64,000 nucleotides of DNA from an archaeon CG10_big_fil_rev_8_21_14_0_10_43_11 (lineage in GTDB: Archaea; Nanobdellota; Nanobdellia; PEZQ01): positions 19,761 through 83,760 of the forward strand of contig PEZQ01000003.1 in NCBI GenBank assembly GCA_002763265.1, in the 5' to 3' direction. Positions 18,172-27,828 of the stretch are shown here, piece by piece. How positions within the stretch are numbered: position 1 is the stretch's first letter; every line of letters starts with the position of its first letter. A program made the position numbers and the translations under genes. Below the pieces are notes generated by a model that saw only the letters and a program-made list of their open reading frames with translations, searched no databases and had not been told where the DNA came from.

Positions 18172-19169
18172 ACGGCAATATCACGTTTTATTCGAGGATG
18201 TGACTGATACTCTTTGAGCTTTATTTTTGCTACATCATCAAAAGTTAAGTCAAACAAGCCCGTGGCAAGGTTGCTTAAATCAAGCACTGGAAGCGTGTAT
18301 GGCTCTCGTGCAAGTTGCTCAAGAATACCCGTCACATGGTCTTGCTGTAATCCCTCTTTCTCTGCAGGCGCGTTTGATTCAATAAAATCTTTTATCCCTA
18401 AATAGTCTTCTTGACTTTGAACTGCTCCAAGTTTTGTTTGGATTGTGCCAATATTCTGCTTATAAAACTCGCCATGTTCGCCTGCGCCACAATAAAAATG
18501 CGCGTTCACAAGTGTGTGCGCAAAGTGTCCAACACCCAAACCTGTTTCACGCGCAATAAGGTGAGTAAGAAGTGCGGAATGCGCAATGTTGAACGGAACC
18601 CCCAAAAACATGTCACATGAACGCTGTGTCATTGACAAACTCAGCTTGCCATCCTGCACATGGAAATTATAAAATGCATGGCATGCTGGAAGCCCAACAT
18701 CAATTCCTTGGCGAACTTGTGCAGGATTCCAATAACTAATAATGTGGCGTCTGCTTTGCGGGCTTTGCTTGATTCCTTCAACAAGATTTTTGAGCTGGTC
18801 GATTTTAATTACTTGTTTTGTTTTGAAATCAACGCCCTCATACTGTCTTAATTGCCAAGGATACGCAGCGCCCACATCCTCTCCACCAAGATCCCACGCC
18901 TTCCAAATTCCGCTATGTTTGTTAAATTCCTTAATACTTGTCTTGCCTGAAATATACCATACTAATTCGCTTACAAGTGACTTCCATAACGGCCCGTCCA
19001 TTTTCTTTGTTGTAAGAAGCGGAAAGCCTTTTTGCAGGTCAAATTTTTTGTATTTATCAGGTCGAAAGAGGGTGATAGTGTCCACGCCCGTTCTGTTTTT
19101 TGTGTACCCTCCGTGTGAGAGAATTTCTAATGAAACCGTATGATAATTTTCCATCCCAAAACATGCCAT
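18168..19169 (-). CDS. thyA: Thymidylate synthase ThyA, with a C-terminal extension of about 60 aa.
   Basis: NRTGVDT, FPLLTTKK, catalytic LPACHAF, SMTQRSCDMFLGVPFNIA and the DHFR-coupled layout. An alternative start is at the internal MENYH. Confidence 0.88.
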   Translation of the reverse strand: MACFGMENYHTVSLEILSHGGYTKNRTGVDTITLFRPDKYKKFDLQKGFPLLTTKKMDGPLWKSLVSELVWYISGKTSIKEFNKHSGIWKAWDLGGEDVGAAYPWQLRQYEGVDFKTKQVIKIDQLKNLVEGIKQSPQSRRHIISYWNPAQVRQGIDVGLPACHAFYNFHVQDGKLSLSMTQRSCDMFLGVPFNIAHSALLTHLIARETGLGVGHFAHTLVNAHFYCGAGEHGEFYKQNIGTIQTKLGAVQSQEDYLGIKDFIESNAPAEKEGLQQDHVTGILEQLAREPYTLPVLDLSNLATGLFDLTFDDVAKIKLKEYQSHPRIKRDIAV

Positions 19170-19385
19170 TTGCTTATCATATTTAACCGTTTTTATTTTC
19201 TCCTAATTGCAAAACATGAAATTAAAACACTATTTGTTCATTCACACATTGCCTCAAACACGCATCTAAGCTATGTGGATACATTATGGTATCAAAAACA
19301 CCAAAAGCGCTTCAAAATGGTTGGTGTCGGATATCCTGTTTCCACCAAAAGTGTTAAATAGCATGACTTTGAAGACTAGGAAGTT

Positions 19386-19901
19386 ATGGCCGTTACCTCA
19401 TTTATTTTCGATGAGAATTATCTCCCTATTGGAGCATACTACTTAGGAGAAGACGGGCTACATGAGAGCAGCCAACCAACAAACATTGATGAAAGCAAAA
19501 CCATTTTTGGTCTAAACGCTCGAAACATTGAAACTCTTGTTGAAGAAATGGGTGGAAGTTCTGTTCGAATTTTTGAAGGCCAAAAACAAGGCTACAAAGG
19601 AGCGGCAAAAGATATGAAATTCGCAATCTCAGAAATGAAGCATCTTATTGAAGGTGCAGGACTTGAACGCAGAAACATGAGTTTTTACCGACAACCTGAT
19701 GCAATGACTATGTTTTTGAAAGTGGCAATGCCTGATGGCAATCGTGGTTATGTTGCGTTTTACGCACCCCTTGGAGAAACTGAAACACCGCTTCAAATGT
19801 TTTTAATTGAAAATGAAGATGTTCAATCTTCTCAAGACATTTACACATTAGTTAAATCACATGCTGACACTGTTTTTGAAATGTTCTCGCACAAAGATTG
19901 A
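19386..19901 (+). CDS. Hypothetical protein.
   Basis: 171-aa ORF starting at ATG. No family recognised. Confidence 0.4.
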   Translation: MAVTSFIFDENYLPIGAYYLGEDGLHESSQPTNIDESKTIFGLNARNIETLVEEMGGSSVRIFEGQKQGYKGAAKDMKFAISEMKHLIEGAGLERRNMSFYRQPDAMTMFLKVAMPDGNRGYVAFYAPLGETETPLQMFLIENEDVQSSQDIYTLVKSHADTVFEMFSHKD

Positions 19902-19954
19902 TAAGAACCAAGTAAATAAAACATTTAAATGACACAATCCCGTCTAGTTTGACT

Positions 19955-21703
19955 ATGCGCATTGCAATTGTTGACCCAGAAATCTGCACGCCTGATAAGT
20001 GTAGTTTTGAGTGTCATAACTTCTGCCCTAAAGTTCGCGCAGGTGCAAAAGAAACGGTTCAACTCAAAGACAACCTCTCGGTTATTGACGAAGAACTTTG
20101 CATTGGTTGCGGAATTTGCGCAGCAAAATGCCCTTTTGGCGCTATCAAAATCATTAACCTGCCTGAAATGAAAGAAAACCCGCTTCACCAGTATGGGCAA
20201 AATGCGTTTCGCGTCTTTAACTTCCCCCAACCAAAACGCGGAAGCGTTGTTGGACTGCTTGGACCAAATGGTATTGGAAAAACCACGATTCTTCATGTTC
20301 TAAACGGAACGATTCGGCCCAATCTTGGAAAAGAAGAAGCAACTGACCAGGACATATTTCAACGATTTAGAGGAACAGAAACGCAAAATTACTTCAAAAC
20401 ACTATTTGCTACGGGCCTTAAGGTAGCATACAAACCCCAATATGTTGATGATATTCCAAAAGTGTTCAAAGGAAACGTTCAAGAGCTGCTCAAAAATGTT
20501 GATGAGCGCGGCGCGTTTGAAGAGGTCACCAAAAGCATGGATATTACCCCTATTCTTAATTCAAATATTGCCCATATCAGCGGCGGAGAACTCCAAAAAG
20601 TGGCAATAGCAGCAACACTACTTAAGGACGCAGACTACTACTTTTTTGATGAACCAACCTCGTTTTTGGACGTGAAAGAACGACTTCGCATTGCAACCCT
20701 TATCCGTGAACGTGCTGACAAAGGTAAAGGTGTGTTTGTTGTAGAACACGACCTTGTCGTGCTCGACTACCTTGCTGACATTGTGCACATTATGTATGGA
20801 ACACCCGGCGTCTATGGTGTAGTAAGCACGCCTCTTAGCACAAAAGATGGTATCAACACCTACCTGAAAGGCTATTTGCGCACAGAAAACATTCGTTTTA
20901 GAGATTATGAAATCAAATTCATGACAAAGCCTGCAACAAAATCAGTGCAAAAACACACCCTGCTTGCATGGGATGATGGTGAAAAACACTTTGACTTGTT
21001 TTCGCTTACAATCACATCAGGCACAGCGCACGAGGAAGAAGTGATCGGCATTGTTGGCGCAAACGGAACGGGAAAAACCACCTTTGTAAACATTCTTGCA
21101 GGAGAGATAAAAGCAGACAAAGGCAATTTTGACAAAAAAGCACGCGTAAGCTACAAACCCCAGCACCTCCCTCGTGATGAACAAAATGTGTTTTCTTTTC
21201 TTTCATCACATATTAAGCTTAACAGTTCATCTTTTAAAACAATCAATCAACACCTTAACATTGAGCGGCTCTATGAGCGAACTATTTCACAACTAAGTGG
21301 CGGAGAACTCCAACAAGTCCATATTGCGCTCACCCTTTGTGCTGATGCTGACGTGTACTTGCTTGATGAGCCAAGCGCATATCTGGATGTTGAGCAGCGC
21401 ATCAACGTAGCGAAAGCAATCAAAAGCGTGTTACAACTCAATGCAAAAACTGCATTCATTGTTGACCATGACCTTTTATTTCTCCATTATCTAAGTGATA
21501 AGGCAATGGCGTTTTTAGGCGAGCCCGGGCGAAAAACAAAAACGCATGGGCCCTCACCTGTTGCTGATGCCATGAACGCGTTTCTTGCACAAGTTGGCAT
21601 TACGTTTAGACAAGAGGACACAACAAAACGGCCGCGCGCAAACAAGCTTGATAGCGTCAAAGACCGCGAACAAAAAAAATCAGGACACTACTTTATTGAC
21701 TAA
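19955..21703 (+). CDS. abcE1: ABCE1 (Rli1) ribosome-recycling ATPase.
   Basis: An N-terminal di-[4Fe-4S] domain (CTPDKC...C...C, CIGCGICAAKCP) and two ABC nucleotide-binding domains (GPNGIGKTT/GANGTGKTT, LSGGELQ twice). The start was set to ATG (MRIAIVD...) because the track start is TTG. Confidence 0.9.
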   Translation: MRIAIVDPEICTPDKCSFECHNFCPKVRAGAKETVQLKDNLSVIDEELCIGCGICAAKCPFGAIKIINLPEMKENPLHQYGQNAFRVFNFPQPKRGSVVGLLGPNGIGKTTILHVLNGTIRPNLGKEEATDQDIFQRFRGTETQNYFKTLFATGLKVAYKPQYVDDIPKVFKGNVQELLKNVDERGAFEEVTKSMDITPILNSNIAHISGGELQKVAIAATLLKDADYYFFDEPTSFLDVKERLRIATLIRERADKGKGVFVVEHDLVVLDYLADIVHIMYGTPGVYGVVSTPLSTKDGINTYLKGYLRTENIRFRDYEIKFMTKPATKSVQKHTLLAWDDGEKHFDLFSLTITSGTAHEEEVIGIVGANGTGKTTFVNILAGEIKADKGNFDKKARVSYKPQHLPRDEQNVFSFLSSHIKLNSSSFKTINQHLNIERLYERTISQLSGGELQQVHIALTLCADADVYLLDEPSAYLDVEQRINVAKAIKSVLQLNAKTAFIVDHDLLFLHYLSDKAMAFLGEPGRKTKTHGPSPVADAMNAFLAQVGITFRQEDTTKRPRANKLDSVKDREQKKSGHYFID

Positions 21704-22364
21704 TATCTATCTGGGTTACATTAAGAAATTCGGCATAATCAAAACGCCCCTGCCCTAGGGCAAAATCAAGGTCCAAAAACACAATACGCCCGCCAGATTC
21801 GTCTTTTATAATGTGCGGGTCAACGTATGTATGCAACGCTGCGTTTACTGGTGCTACTAATTCTCTAAATGAAATCCCCTTTAGGTATGATGCTACAATA
21901 GTAAAACCAAGGCCTTGTGTTACCGGGTCAATAAGAGGGTACGCGCGCTTGTTTGACACATCCTCCATGACAATACCATACTGCTTGCCGCTTTTTACTA
22001 CAAATACCACACGAGGCACGAAAAATCCTTGCGCATCTATAAGTTTTTGGGCCAAACCTTTTTTGCAAAACTCTTTGAAAAGCGCGTAATACAGATAGGC
22101 TTCGCTTCCTGCAGCATCATCACGTGCATAAAATTCCTTGCGAACTTTCAAACACAAACGAAACGACTTGTTTTCAAGACGCACTTTTTTTGGAAGCGCA
22201 AACACGCTTGAATTGCGGCCTGCATGCAACACGTGCTCAGCAGCAACAGGCGTATCCTCAAAAAAGGCGTTAAGAAGAAATCGGATGTGTGCGCTTAGTG
22301 TATCATCAGCTTTCACTTGTTTTCCAATAGTGCGCGCATCATCAATAAAATCCTCTTCATCCAT
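21693..22364 (-). CDS. Possible atypical protein-kinase-like fold (Bud32/RIO/Kdo-kinase-like). Tentative.
   Basis: VPRVVFVVKSGKQYGIVMEDVSN resembles the Bud32 hinge region (...IVMEY...). HTYVDPHIIKDESGGRIVFLDLDFALG resembles a catalytic-loop plus DFG segment, but HxD and DFG are not canonical. Confidence 0.35.
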   Translation of the reverse strand: MDEEDFIDDARTIGKQVKADDTLSAHIRFLLNAFFEDTPVAAEHVLHAGRNSSVFALPKKVRLENKSFRLCLKVRKEFYARDDAAGSEAYLYYALFKEFCKKGLAQKLIDAQGFFVPRVVFVVKSGKQYGIVMEDVSNKRAYPLIDPVTQGLGFTIVASYLKGISFRELVAPVNAALHTYVDPHIIKDESGGRIVFLDLDFALGQGRFDYAEFLNVTQIDISQ

Positions 22365-22409
22365 GTTTAGTATAGCCTTGACTGCGTTAGCTTAAAAAAG
22401 ATAGTGATG

Positions 22410-23207
22410 TTAGACAAGCATGGCAAGACGCAGCAAATCACGTACGCCTGGCGCAAGGCCCAATGTGAGGATTGCAAACTTGAGCAGATTTTTAAATCCT
22501 TCATCTTTCACATCCTTATTGATAACGTATATCACGACAAGCACGTAGAGTTTTGCTACATAAAACCACACATAACTTCCGCCAAGCCCGCCAATGAGGC
22601 GCGTGAGTGGATGCTGCTCCCAGTATCCTAAGTATGCAAACACATCAAGGGTGATAAACGTTGCTGTAGCATCAAGAAAGTGAGCGGAGAGCGCGGCAAA
22701 ATCAAGCCAGTTACGTAAGAAGCCCGTTAGTTTTCGCAAGACAAAAAGACCGCATAGGATACCTGAAAACAGCCCAAGAATGTAGAGCAGGGAAAGCGGG
22801 TTTCGAAGCTCAAAACCAAACAATGCCAGAAGCCATAGCACGCTTCCCATAATAAATAAGGATTTTTCCGGGTTTCGCGTTTTTTGCGAAATAAAAAAGC
22901 ACCCAATAATAATGGCACCAATCACAAGATAGATACTTGGTGTGACAAGAAAAAACGTGCGTGGCAAGATTTCGGCGTCGCGAAGCACGCGCACGGTTGA
23001 ACCAAATAAGATGAATGGAATAAGACTAAATGCCATTTTGCGTGTGAACGTGATATTAAAACGTTTGAGAACCTTATCACCAAGAATAAGCAAGCCAATA
23101 AGAATAATCCCATACGTAAACGTGTTCACATAATTGTATCCTAAATTTTGCTCGTAGGGACGCCAAAAATAATGGTACACAAATTGCACAATTGAATCAA
23201 AAACCAT
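22410..23207 (-). CDS. Polytopic membrane protein, possibly of the archaeal DUF63 type.
   Basis: Seven or eight hydrophobic helices. The start was refined to an internal ATG because the track start is TTG. Confidence 0.4.
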   Translation of the reverse strand: MVFDSIVQFVYHYFWRPYEQNLGYNYVNTFTYGIILIGLLILGDKVLKRFNITFTRKMAFSLIPFILFGSTVRVLRDAEILPRTFFLVTPSIYLVIGAIIIGCFFISQKTRNPEKSLFIMGSVLWLLALFGFELRNPLSLLYILGLFSGILCGLFVLRKLTGFLRNWLDFAALSAHFLDATATFITLDVFAYLGYWEQHPLTRLIGGLGGSYVWFYVAKLYVLVVIYVINKDVKDEGFKNLLKFAILTLGLAPGVRDLLRLAMLV

Positions 23208-23242
23208 TAACACCAAAAAGTAATGCGCGTCTATTAAAAGCT

Positions 23243-23614
23243 TTAGTACATGCGATCAATTTTTGAAATAATCAAATCAAGCTTGTGGTCAACCACTTCT
23301 ATCTTTGCTTTCAACGCTTCTATGCGCGCATCAAGCAATTGAGAACCCGCATCCCCTTGTGATGGTTGCGGTGCTTGTGCAAGCGGCTCAATTCTTCGGG
23401 CTTGGCTTACGGTTGGGTTTTGTGAAATACCTGAACTCAGCATGTCTGGATTACGCGATGTTTCAGGCAATGCAGGCGGAGCTGAAAGCCCTATTGACTC
23501 TTGTTCGGGAAGTGGTGGGAGTTCATTATTTCCAAGACCAAGGTCATTGCTTGACGCGCCAAGATTGAATTCATCTTCTTTTTTTCCACGCTTTAGAAAG
23601 TCCAACAATCCCAT
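23243..23614 (-). CDS. Small protein with an amphipathic N-terminus, a Pro/Gln-rich linker and a C-terminal coiled coil.
   Basis: The track start is TTG and a start at the internal ATG (MGLLDFLKRGKK...) is likelier. The middle is low-complexity PPLPEQ.../APQPSQ and the C-terminus is a LDARIEALKAKIEVVDHKLDLIISKI heptad pattern. It is divergent from the next gene. Confidence 0.35.
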   Translation of the reverse strand: MGLLDFLKRGKKEDEFNLGASSNDLGLGNNELPPLPEQESIGLSAPPALPETSRNPDMLSSGISQNPTVSQARRIEPLAQAPQPSQGDAGSQLLDARIEALKAKIEVVDHKLDLIISKIDRMY

Positions 23615-23695
23615 ACTGAATGTAGTAACACTCTTCTCATAAAAACCTTTTTGCCCAAAACAATTATTAACGTACAAACGCTCATAAAACAAGTA

Positions 23696-25027
23696 ATGAG
23701 TAGTGACGCGCTTGAATCATACACCATTGAAATAGATAACATTGGCGAAGGCCTTGAATCACACTACTTTAAAATACTCTCACTCATGCGCGTGCAAGGC
23801 TATGACGTGAGCAAAACAAAAGATGTGTATGCTTCATCTGAGATGAGCAGTTTCTGGGGGGACATGGCAAGACGCCGTGGCGAACAAGAATCACGCGCCA
23901 TGCAGCTTATGGGCACGCTCAATGGCATGGTCAAAGACCTTTTTAAGCTTGTGCGAACCGTTACCATTACTGAGGAGCGTTTAAGCTTTTACGACCGCTC
24001 AAAAGAAGGAGATTCAGCAGCAGATTCAGCACTCAAAGATATTTGGGTTACGCTTGTTGAACAAGGAACAAAAAACCCGGCATCAGTATTAGGTCTTGCA
24101 AGCCAAGTGGGGTTTGCGCCATTACCTGACTATTTTTACACTACGCGCGTACAAAACGCAGATGAGGTTGACACCATTGTTGGAAAATATGATATCTCAG
24201 AAAAGCTTGCCTACACGTTAAAGCGAAAACTCTCGCAATTCGTAGCATGGCGGGAGCGTTCAGAAAAAGAATTGCGCGTACGCCTTAAAGTTACAAAAAA
24301 CATGCTTCGAACCCACATCTCACAACTGCGTCTCTACGCAGAATGGTTAAAGCCCTATCTTCGCGCTATAAGCAAACTTCGAGACATTCAAGAAGAACGC
24401 CCTGAACTCGTTTCTTCTTTTGAAACCGCGTGGGTTGAACTCTCACTTGACGGCGTGAAAAAAGATGAGAAAAAATTTGGCAAAAACATTGCAGTAATCA
24501 AAGCAAATTTCACGCAACGAACCACACCCGCAGAAGCGTTCCAACAAAACTACCAAAAAGGATTTGTGCACCGCGGACGTGTTGAAATAAAACTCAGCGC
24601 GCACGTGTATACTGAAGACGAGTGGGCTAAAGAAAAAGCAAAAGAAGACGAAGAACTTTTTGACTTTCTTATCAAACACATTAATGAATCGCTTGCTGAC
24701 ATCAAAGATGATTTGATTCACGTTATGAATGATGATTACGAAAAGTTGTATCCAAAAAAGAAAAAAGAAGAGCATAAAACACGAAAAAAGTTTGGAGAAC
24801 AAATCTTAGACTCATTTCTTAATGTGTTCCCTTTTTTTGGGTATTTGAAAAAACCAAAAAATAAGAATGGGCCCTCATTTCACCGCATATTCAAGATGCA
24901 ACAAAAATTTGACGCACAAAAACAACGAGAAAGCGCTGAAACCACCGTTGCGTCAGGATATGAGGATGGCGATTTATGGAAAGTGTATGACTTATTCAAA
25001 CAAAGCCGCGGCTTTGCACGACCATGA
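23696..25027 (+). CDS. Large hypothetical protein, the first gene of the uncharacterised block.
   Basis: About 443 aa from the ATG at 23696 (the track TTG at 23651 would overlap the divergent gene). Charged and helical with a Lys-rich C-terminal tail. Its stop overlaps the next start in an ATGA arrangement. Confidence 0.45.
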   Translation: MSSDALESYTIEIDNIGEGLESHYFKILSLMRVQGYDVSKTKDVYASSEMSSFWGDMARRRGEQESRAMQLMGTLNGMVKDLFKLVRTVTITEERLSFYDRSKEGDSAADSALKDIWVTLVEQGTKNPASVLGLASQVGFAPLPDYFYTTRVQNADEVDTIVGKYDISEKLAYTLKRKLSQFVAWRERSEKELRVRLKVTKNMLRTHISQLRLYAEWLKPYLRAISKLRDIQEERPELVSSFETAWVELSLDGVKKDEKKFGKNIAVIKANFTQRTTPAEAFQQNYQKGFVHRGRVEIKLSAHVYTEDEWAKEKAKEDEELFDFLIKHINESLADIKDDLIHVMNDDYEKLYPKKKKEEHKTRKKFGEQILDSFLNVFPFFGYLKKPKNKNGPSFHRIFKMQQKFDAQKQRESAETTVASGYEDGDLWKVYDLFKQSRGFARP

Positions 25028-25596
25028 TGCGCGAAGAAGAACTCTTAAAAAAACTCAAAAACCTGCTAGATGAGTGTAAAGAACTTCCTTTTAGCGAAAA
25101 ACTCTTGTTTCTTGCACGACGCGCAGCAAAAGAAGCAGACCCGGAATTTCGTGCGGTTATGTACTTGTACATTGATTATGTCATAAAACAAAAAAATGAG
25201 AAGAAAACAGTTGACTTTCGCCTCCCTCCCTTGCGCGTTATTCAGCAAACTGCTCACAAACTTGAACGAGATGAGCACTTACAAAACTTGCTTGAAGGAG
25301 AACAAAAACCAGTTATCAAAAAGTCAAGAGAAGCAGGCGGACTCTACACCCCTCAATTCACTGCATCAGACTCTCACTCAGGTTCGTTTTATGCGGGCCC
25401 GCCTTCCGTAAAAAAAGGACTCTACACCGAACAATACACTCCTGGCGATGGTTTGTATGAACGCCAAACCCATGAAGAATATGATTCAGCTCCGCGTGGC
25501 GTTGAGTATGATTCATCACTTGAACACATTGCTGATGAAAAACACGAATCAGCTGAGAAAAAGCGGGAAAAAAATAAAGAAAAACTCTTATATTAG
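25024..25596 (+). CDS. Hypothetical protein with Tyr-containing short repeats, probably disordered.
   Basis: Carries GGLYTPQFT, KGLYTEQYTPGDGLYERQT and EEYDSAPRGVEYDSS repeats. Translationally coupled to the upstream gene. Confidence 0.4.
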   Translation: MMREEELLKKLKNLLDECKELPFSEKLLFLARRAAKEADPEFRAVMYLYIDYVIKQKNEKKTVDFRLPPLRVIQQTAHKLERDEHLQNLLEGEQKPVIKKSREAGGLYTPQFTASDSHSGSFYAGPPSVKKGLYTEQYTPGDGLYERQTHEEYDSAPRGVEYDSSLEHIADEKHESAEKKREKNKEKLLY

Positions 25597-25626
25597 CCCC
25601 TGCATGAATACTAACAAGAATACGCT

Positions 25627-27591
25627 ATGGTTCGCTTTGATTCAAATTATCTTAATGCAATGGACGCGCGCTACTACCCATCGGAACTAGGTACTACTGT
25701 TGCGCCCATGACTGAAGCGCAGCAGGGTGTTGACGCGCAGCTTCGCACAGGCGCAAAACTGATTGAAATAAACGTAGCAGACCCGGGCCAAGCATTTGCC
25801 GCGCGCGGGAGTGGCAGACCAATTCCTTCAGCAGGCTACGGCAAAGAGCAGCGCCAGGAAATAAAAGAGCTTGCGCAAGTCAACAAAGCAGCGCTCACCG
25901 TTCACAGTGGTTCAAGCACAAGCATGTCACCGCTTGGCCAGCAGGGTGTTGACGCGTATCAGCGCGCTCGCAACATGGATGAGTTACGTGCAAACGTTGA
26001 TTTTGCCCATGACATTGGTGCAGATAGTATTACGGTTCATGTTATTGGAACGCCCCGCCCCATACAATCAATTGGTGACACGCGTCTTAAACCCGAGGGT
26101 CTTGACCGTTATGATTTTGTTGACATGAAAACCGGTAAAATGGTGCACCAAGTTTCTGGAGACCAGGAAGTGCGCTTGCCTATTCTTGATAAAGTTGACT
26201 ATACTGATTCAACAGGAAAAAAACGAACTCGCTACAATTATCGCTATGATCCTGAGACTAAAGGAATTCAATATTATACCCCTGATACAATGGGGTTTAA
26301 AGGAGGGTCTGTTACTTTTGATCAGGCGGCACGTTTTTTTGAGGAAAAAATAAAAATAGGACAATTGCCCGGTTTTCAAGGAGAGGAATCAAAAAAATAT
26401 ACCGGCGCAGATATCGCGCTTCTCCATTATTTGCGCCAAAATGAAGTGCTCCAACAATCAGAATATGACCGTTGGGCAGCGCAATCAGAAGAACGACACA
26501 AACAATTAGAACTGCTTGGTAAACCTGGACAGGATGGCGCGCTCATTGACTATATTACTGGGCGAAAAAACCCGAACAGTCTTACTGCTCAACAACTGCG
26601 TGAACTTACCCATAAGGCAGATACGCTTATGAACAAACAGTTCAGTTTTGGTTCAAGCTTTGACCCTAGACGACCTGAAACATGGAGTTCTGCAAAAGAA
26701 CGAATCAATGAACAATACTCTCTTCTTGAACATGAACAACATTCTGCAATGGAACGCGCGGCAAACGCGTGGGGGAGCTTAAAACAAACTGAAGACTACC
26801 TGCACTCTGATGATAAAAACTACCCGCTTCGTCTCCAGCCGCTCACCAAGTTTGCGCACAAACAAAACGTTGATGGCATAGCAGACCTTGCTTACCATTC
26901 ATACCAGCGCAGCAAAGACACCGGAAAAAAAGTGATGATTAATCCAGAAAACATTTTCCCAAAATTCTATGGTTCTCACCCCGATGAGCTTAGGAACGTT
27001 ATTCAAAGCTCGCGAAGAGAGTTTGAACAAAAAATCGCTCATGACGTGTCTGATAAGAAAAAACGGGAGAGCATGTCAGAAGAATTTATTGGCGCGTGTT
27101 TTGATGTTGCGCACGCAGGAATGTGGCGCCGGTATTGGGAAGAAGAAGGCAAAGGAAAAAAGAATTTTGACGACTGGCTTGCAGACCAAGCAGAAGCCCT
27201 TGCAAAAGAGGGCATTATCAAAAAAGTGCACGTAAGCGACCACTTTGGCTATGAAGATGACTCGCTTCCTCCAGGCCAGGGAATTGTACCGCTCAAAAAA
27301 GTAGTTGACCGCATCAGAAAATATGAAGGAAAAATCCCTATTATTAGTGAAGGTTTTGGCGGCCCGCGAAGCCAGTCAGCAAAACAAGTGACTGAATCAT
27401 GGCGTCTTTTCAACCCGCACGTGTACAATCAAGCAACGGTTCTTGGCGGCGAAGCAGGCGAGACTTGGGACAAGCTTCACTACTTTGACAACAACATTAG
27501 AACATACACGCCCCATTTTCTTGCAGGAGATGCGGTTCCTGAAATGCTTCAGCCTGATTTTAGAACATGGGAAGAACTGCCTTTGGAGTAA
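25627..27591 (+). CDS. Xylose-isomerase-like TIM-barrel (sugar-phosphate isomerase or AP-endonuclease-2 superfamily) protein with a large internal insertion.
   Basis: The C-terminal CFDVAHAGMW ... VHVSDHFGYEDDSLPPGQGIVPL matches the hlHlxD...D...pGxGxid signature of this fold. N-terminal strands (LIEINVAD, ALTVHSGS, DFAHDIGADSITVHV) are separated from the C-terminal half by roughly 330 aa of unknown sequence. An internal 17-nt repeat (cagcagggtgttgacgcg) occurs twice. Confidence 0.5.
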   Translation: MVRFDSNYLNAMDARYYPSELGTTVAPMTEAQQGVDAQLRTGAKLIEINVADPGQAFAARGSGRPIPSAGYGKEQRQEIKELAQVNKAALTVHSGSSTSMSPLGQQGVDAYQRARNMDELRANVDFAHDIGADSITVHVIGTPRPIQSIGDTRLKPEGLDRYDFVDMKTGKMVHQVSGDQEVRLPILDKVDYTDSTGKKRTRYNYRYDPETKGIQYYTPDTMGFKGGSVTFDQAARFFEEKIKIGQLPGFQGEESKKYTGADIALLHYLRQNEVLQQSEYDRWAAQSEERHKQLELLGKPGQDGALIDYITGRKNPNSLTAQQLRELTHKADTLMNKQFSFGSSFDPRRPETWSSAKERINEQYSLLEHEQHSAMERAANAWGSLKQTEDYLHSDDKNYPLRLQPLTKFAHKQNVDGIADLAYHSYQRSKDTGKKVMINPENIFPKFYGSHPDELRNVIQSSRREFEQKIAHDVSDKKKRESMSEEFIGACFDVAHAGMWRRYWEEEGKGKKNFDDWLADQAEALAKEGIIKKVHVSDHFGYEDDSLPPGQGIVPLKKVVDRIRKYEGKIPIISEGFGGPRSQSAKQVTESWRLFNPHVYNQATVLGGEAGETWDKLHYFDNNIRTYTPHFLAGDAVPEMLQPDFRTWEELPLE

Positions 27592-27624
27592 TGTTTTTAA
27601 CAACCAACTACTCATAATAAGGGT

Positions 27625-27822
27625 ATGGGGATTATTAAAAAATTCAAACGAATGGTCTTTTTTGGACTTCTTGCAACTGCTGTTGCTGAAACAGTCTTTA
27701 TCTACAAAAACAGCAAGAAAAAAGTAGAAAATAAAGTGGAACGACTCAAAGAAACCCTTGAAGGCTACGCAATGGGTGGCGCAAAAGAAGAGAGTTCAAA
27801 AAAGAAGTCAAAGAAGAAATAA
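27625..27822 (+). CDS. Small single-TM protein with a Lys-rich tail.
   Basis: 65 aa starting at ATG, with a hydrophobic stretch MVFFGLLATAVAETVFI. Confidence 0.3.
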   Translation: MGIIKKFKRMVFFGLLATAVAETVFIYKNSKKKVENKVERLKETLEGYAMGGAKEESSKKKSKKK

Positions 27823-27828
27823 GCAATC

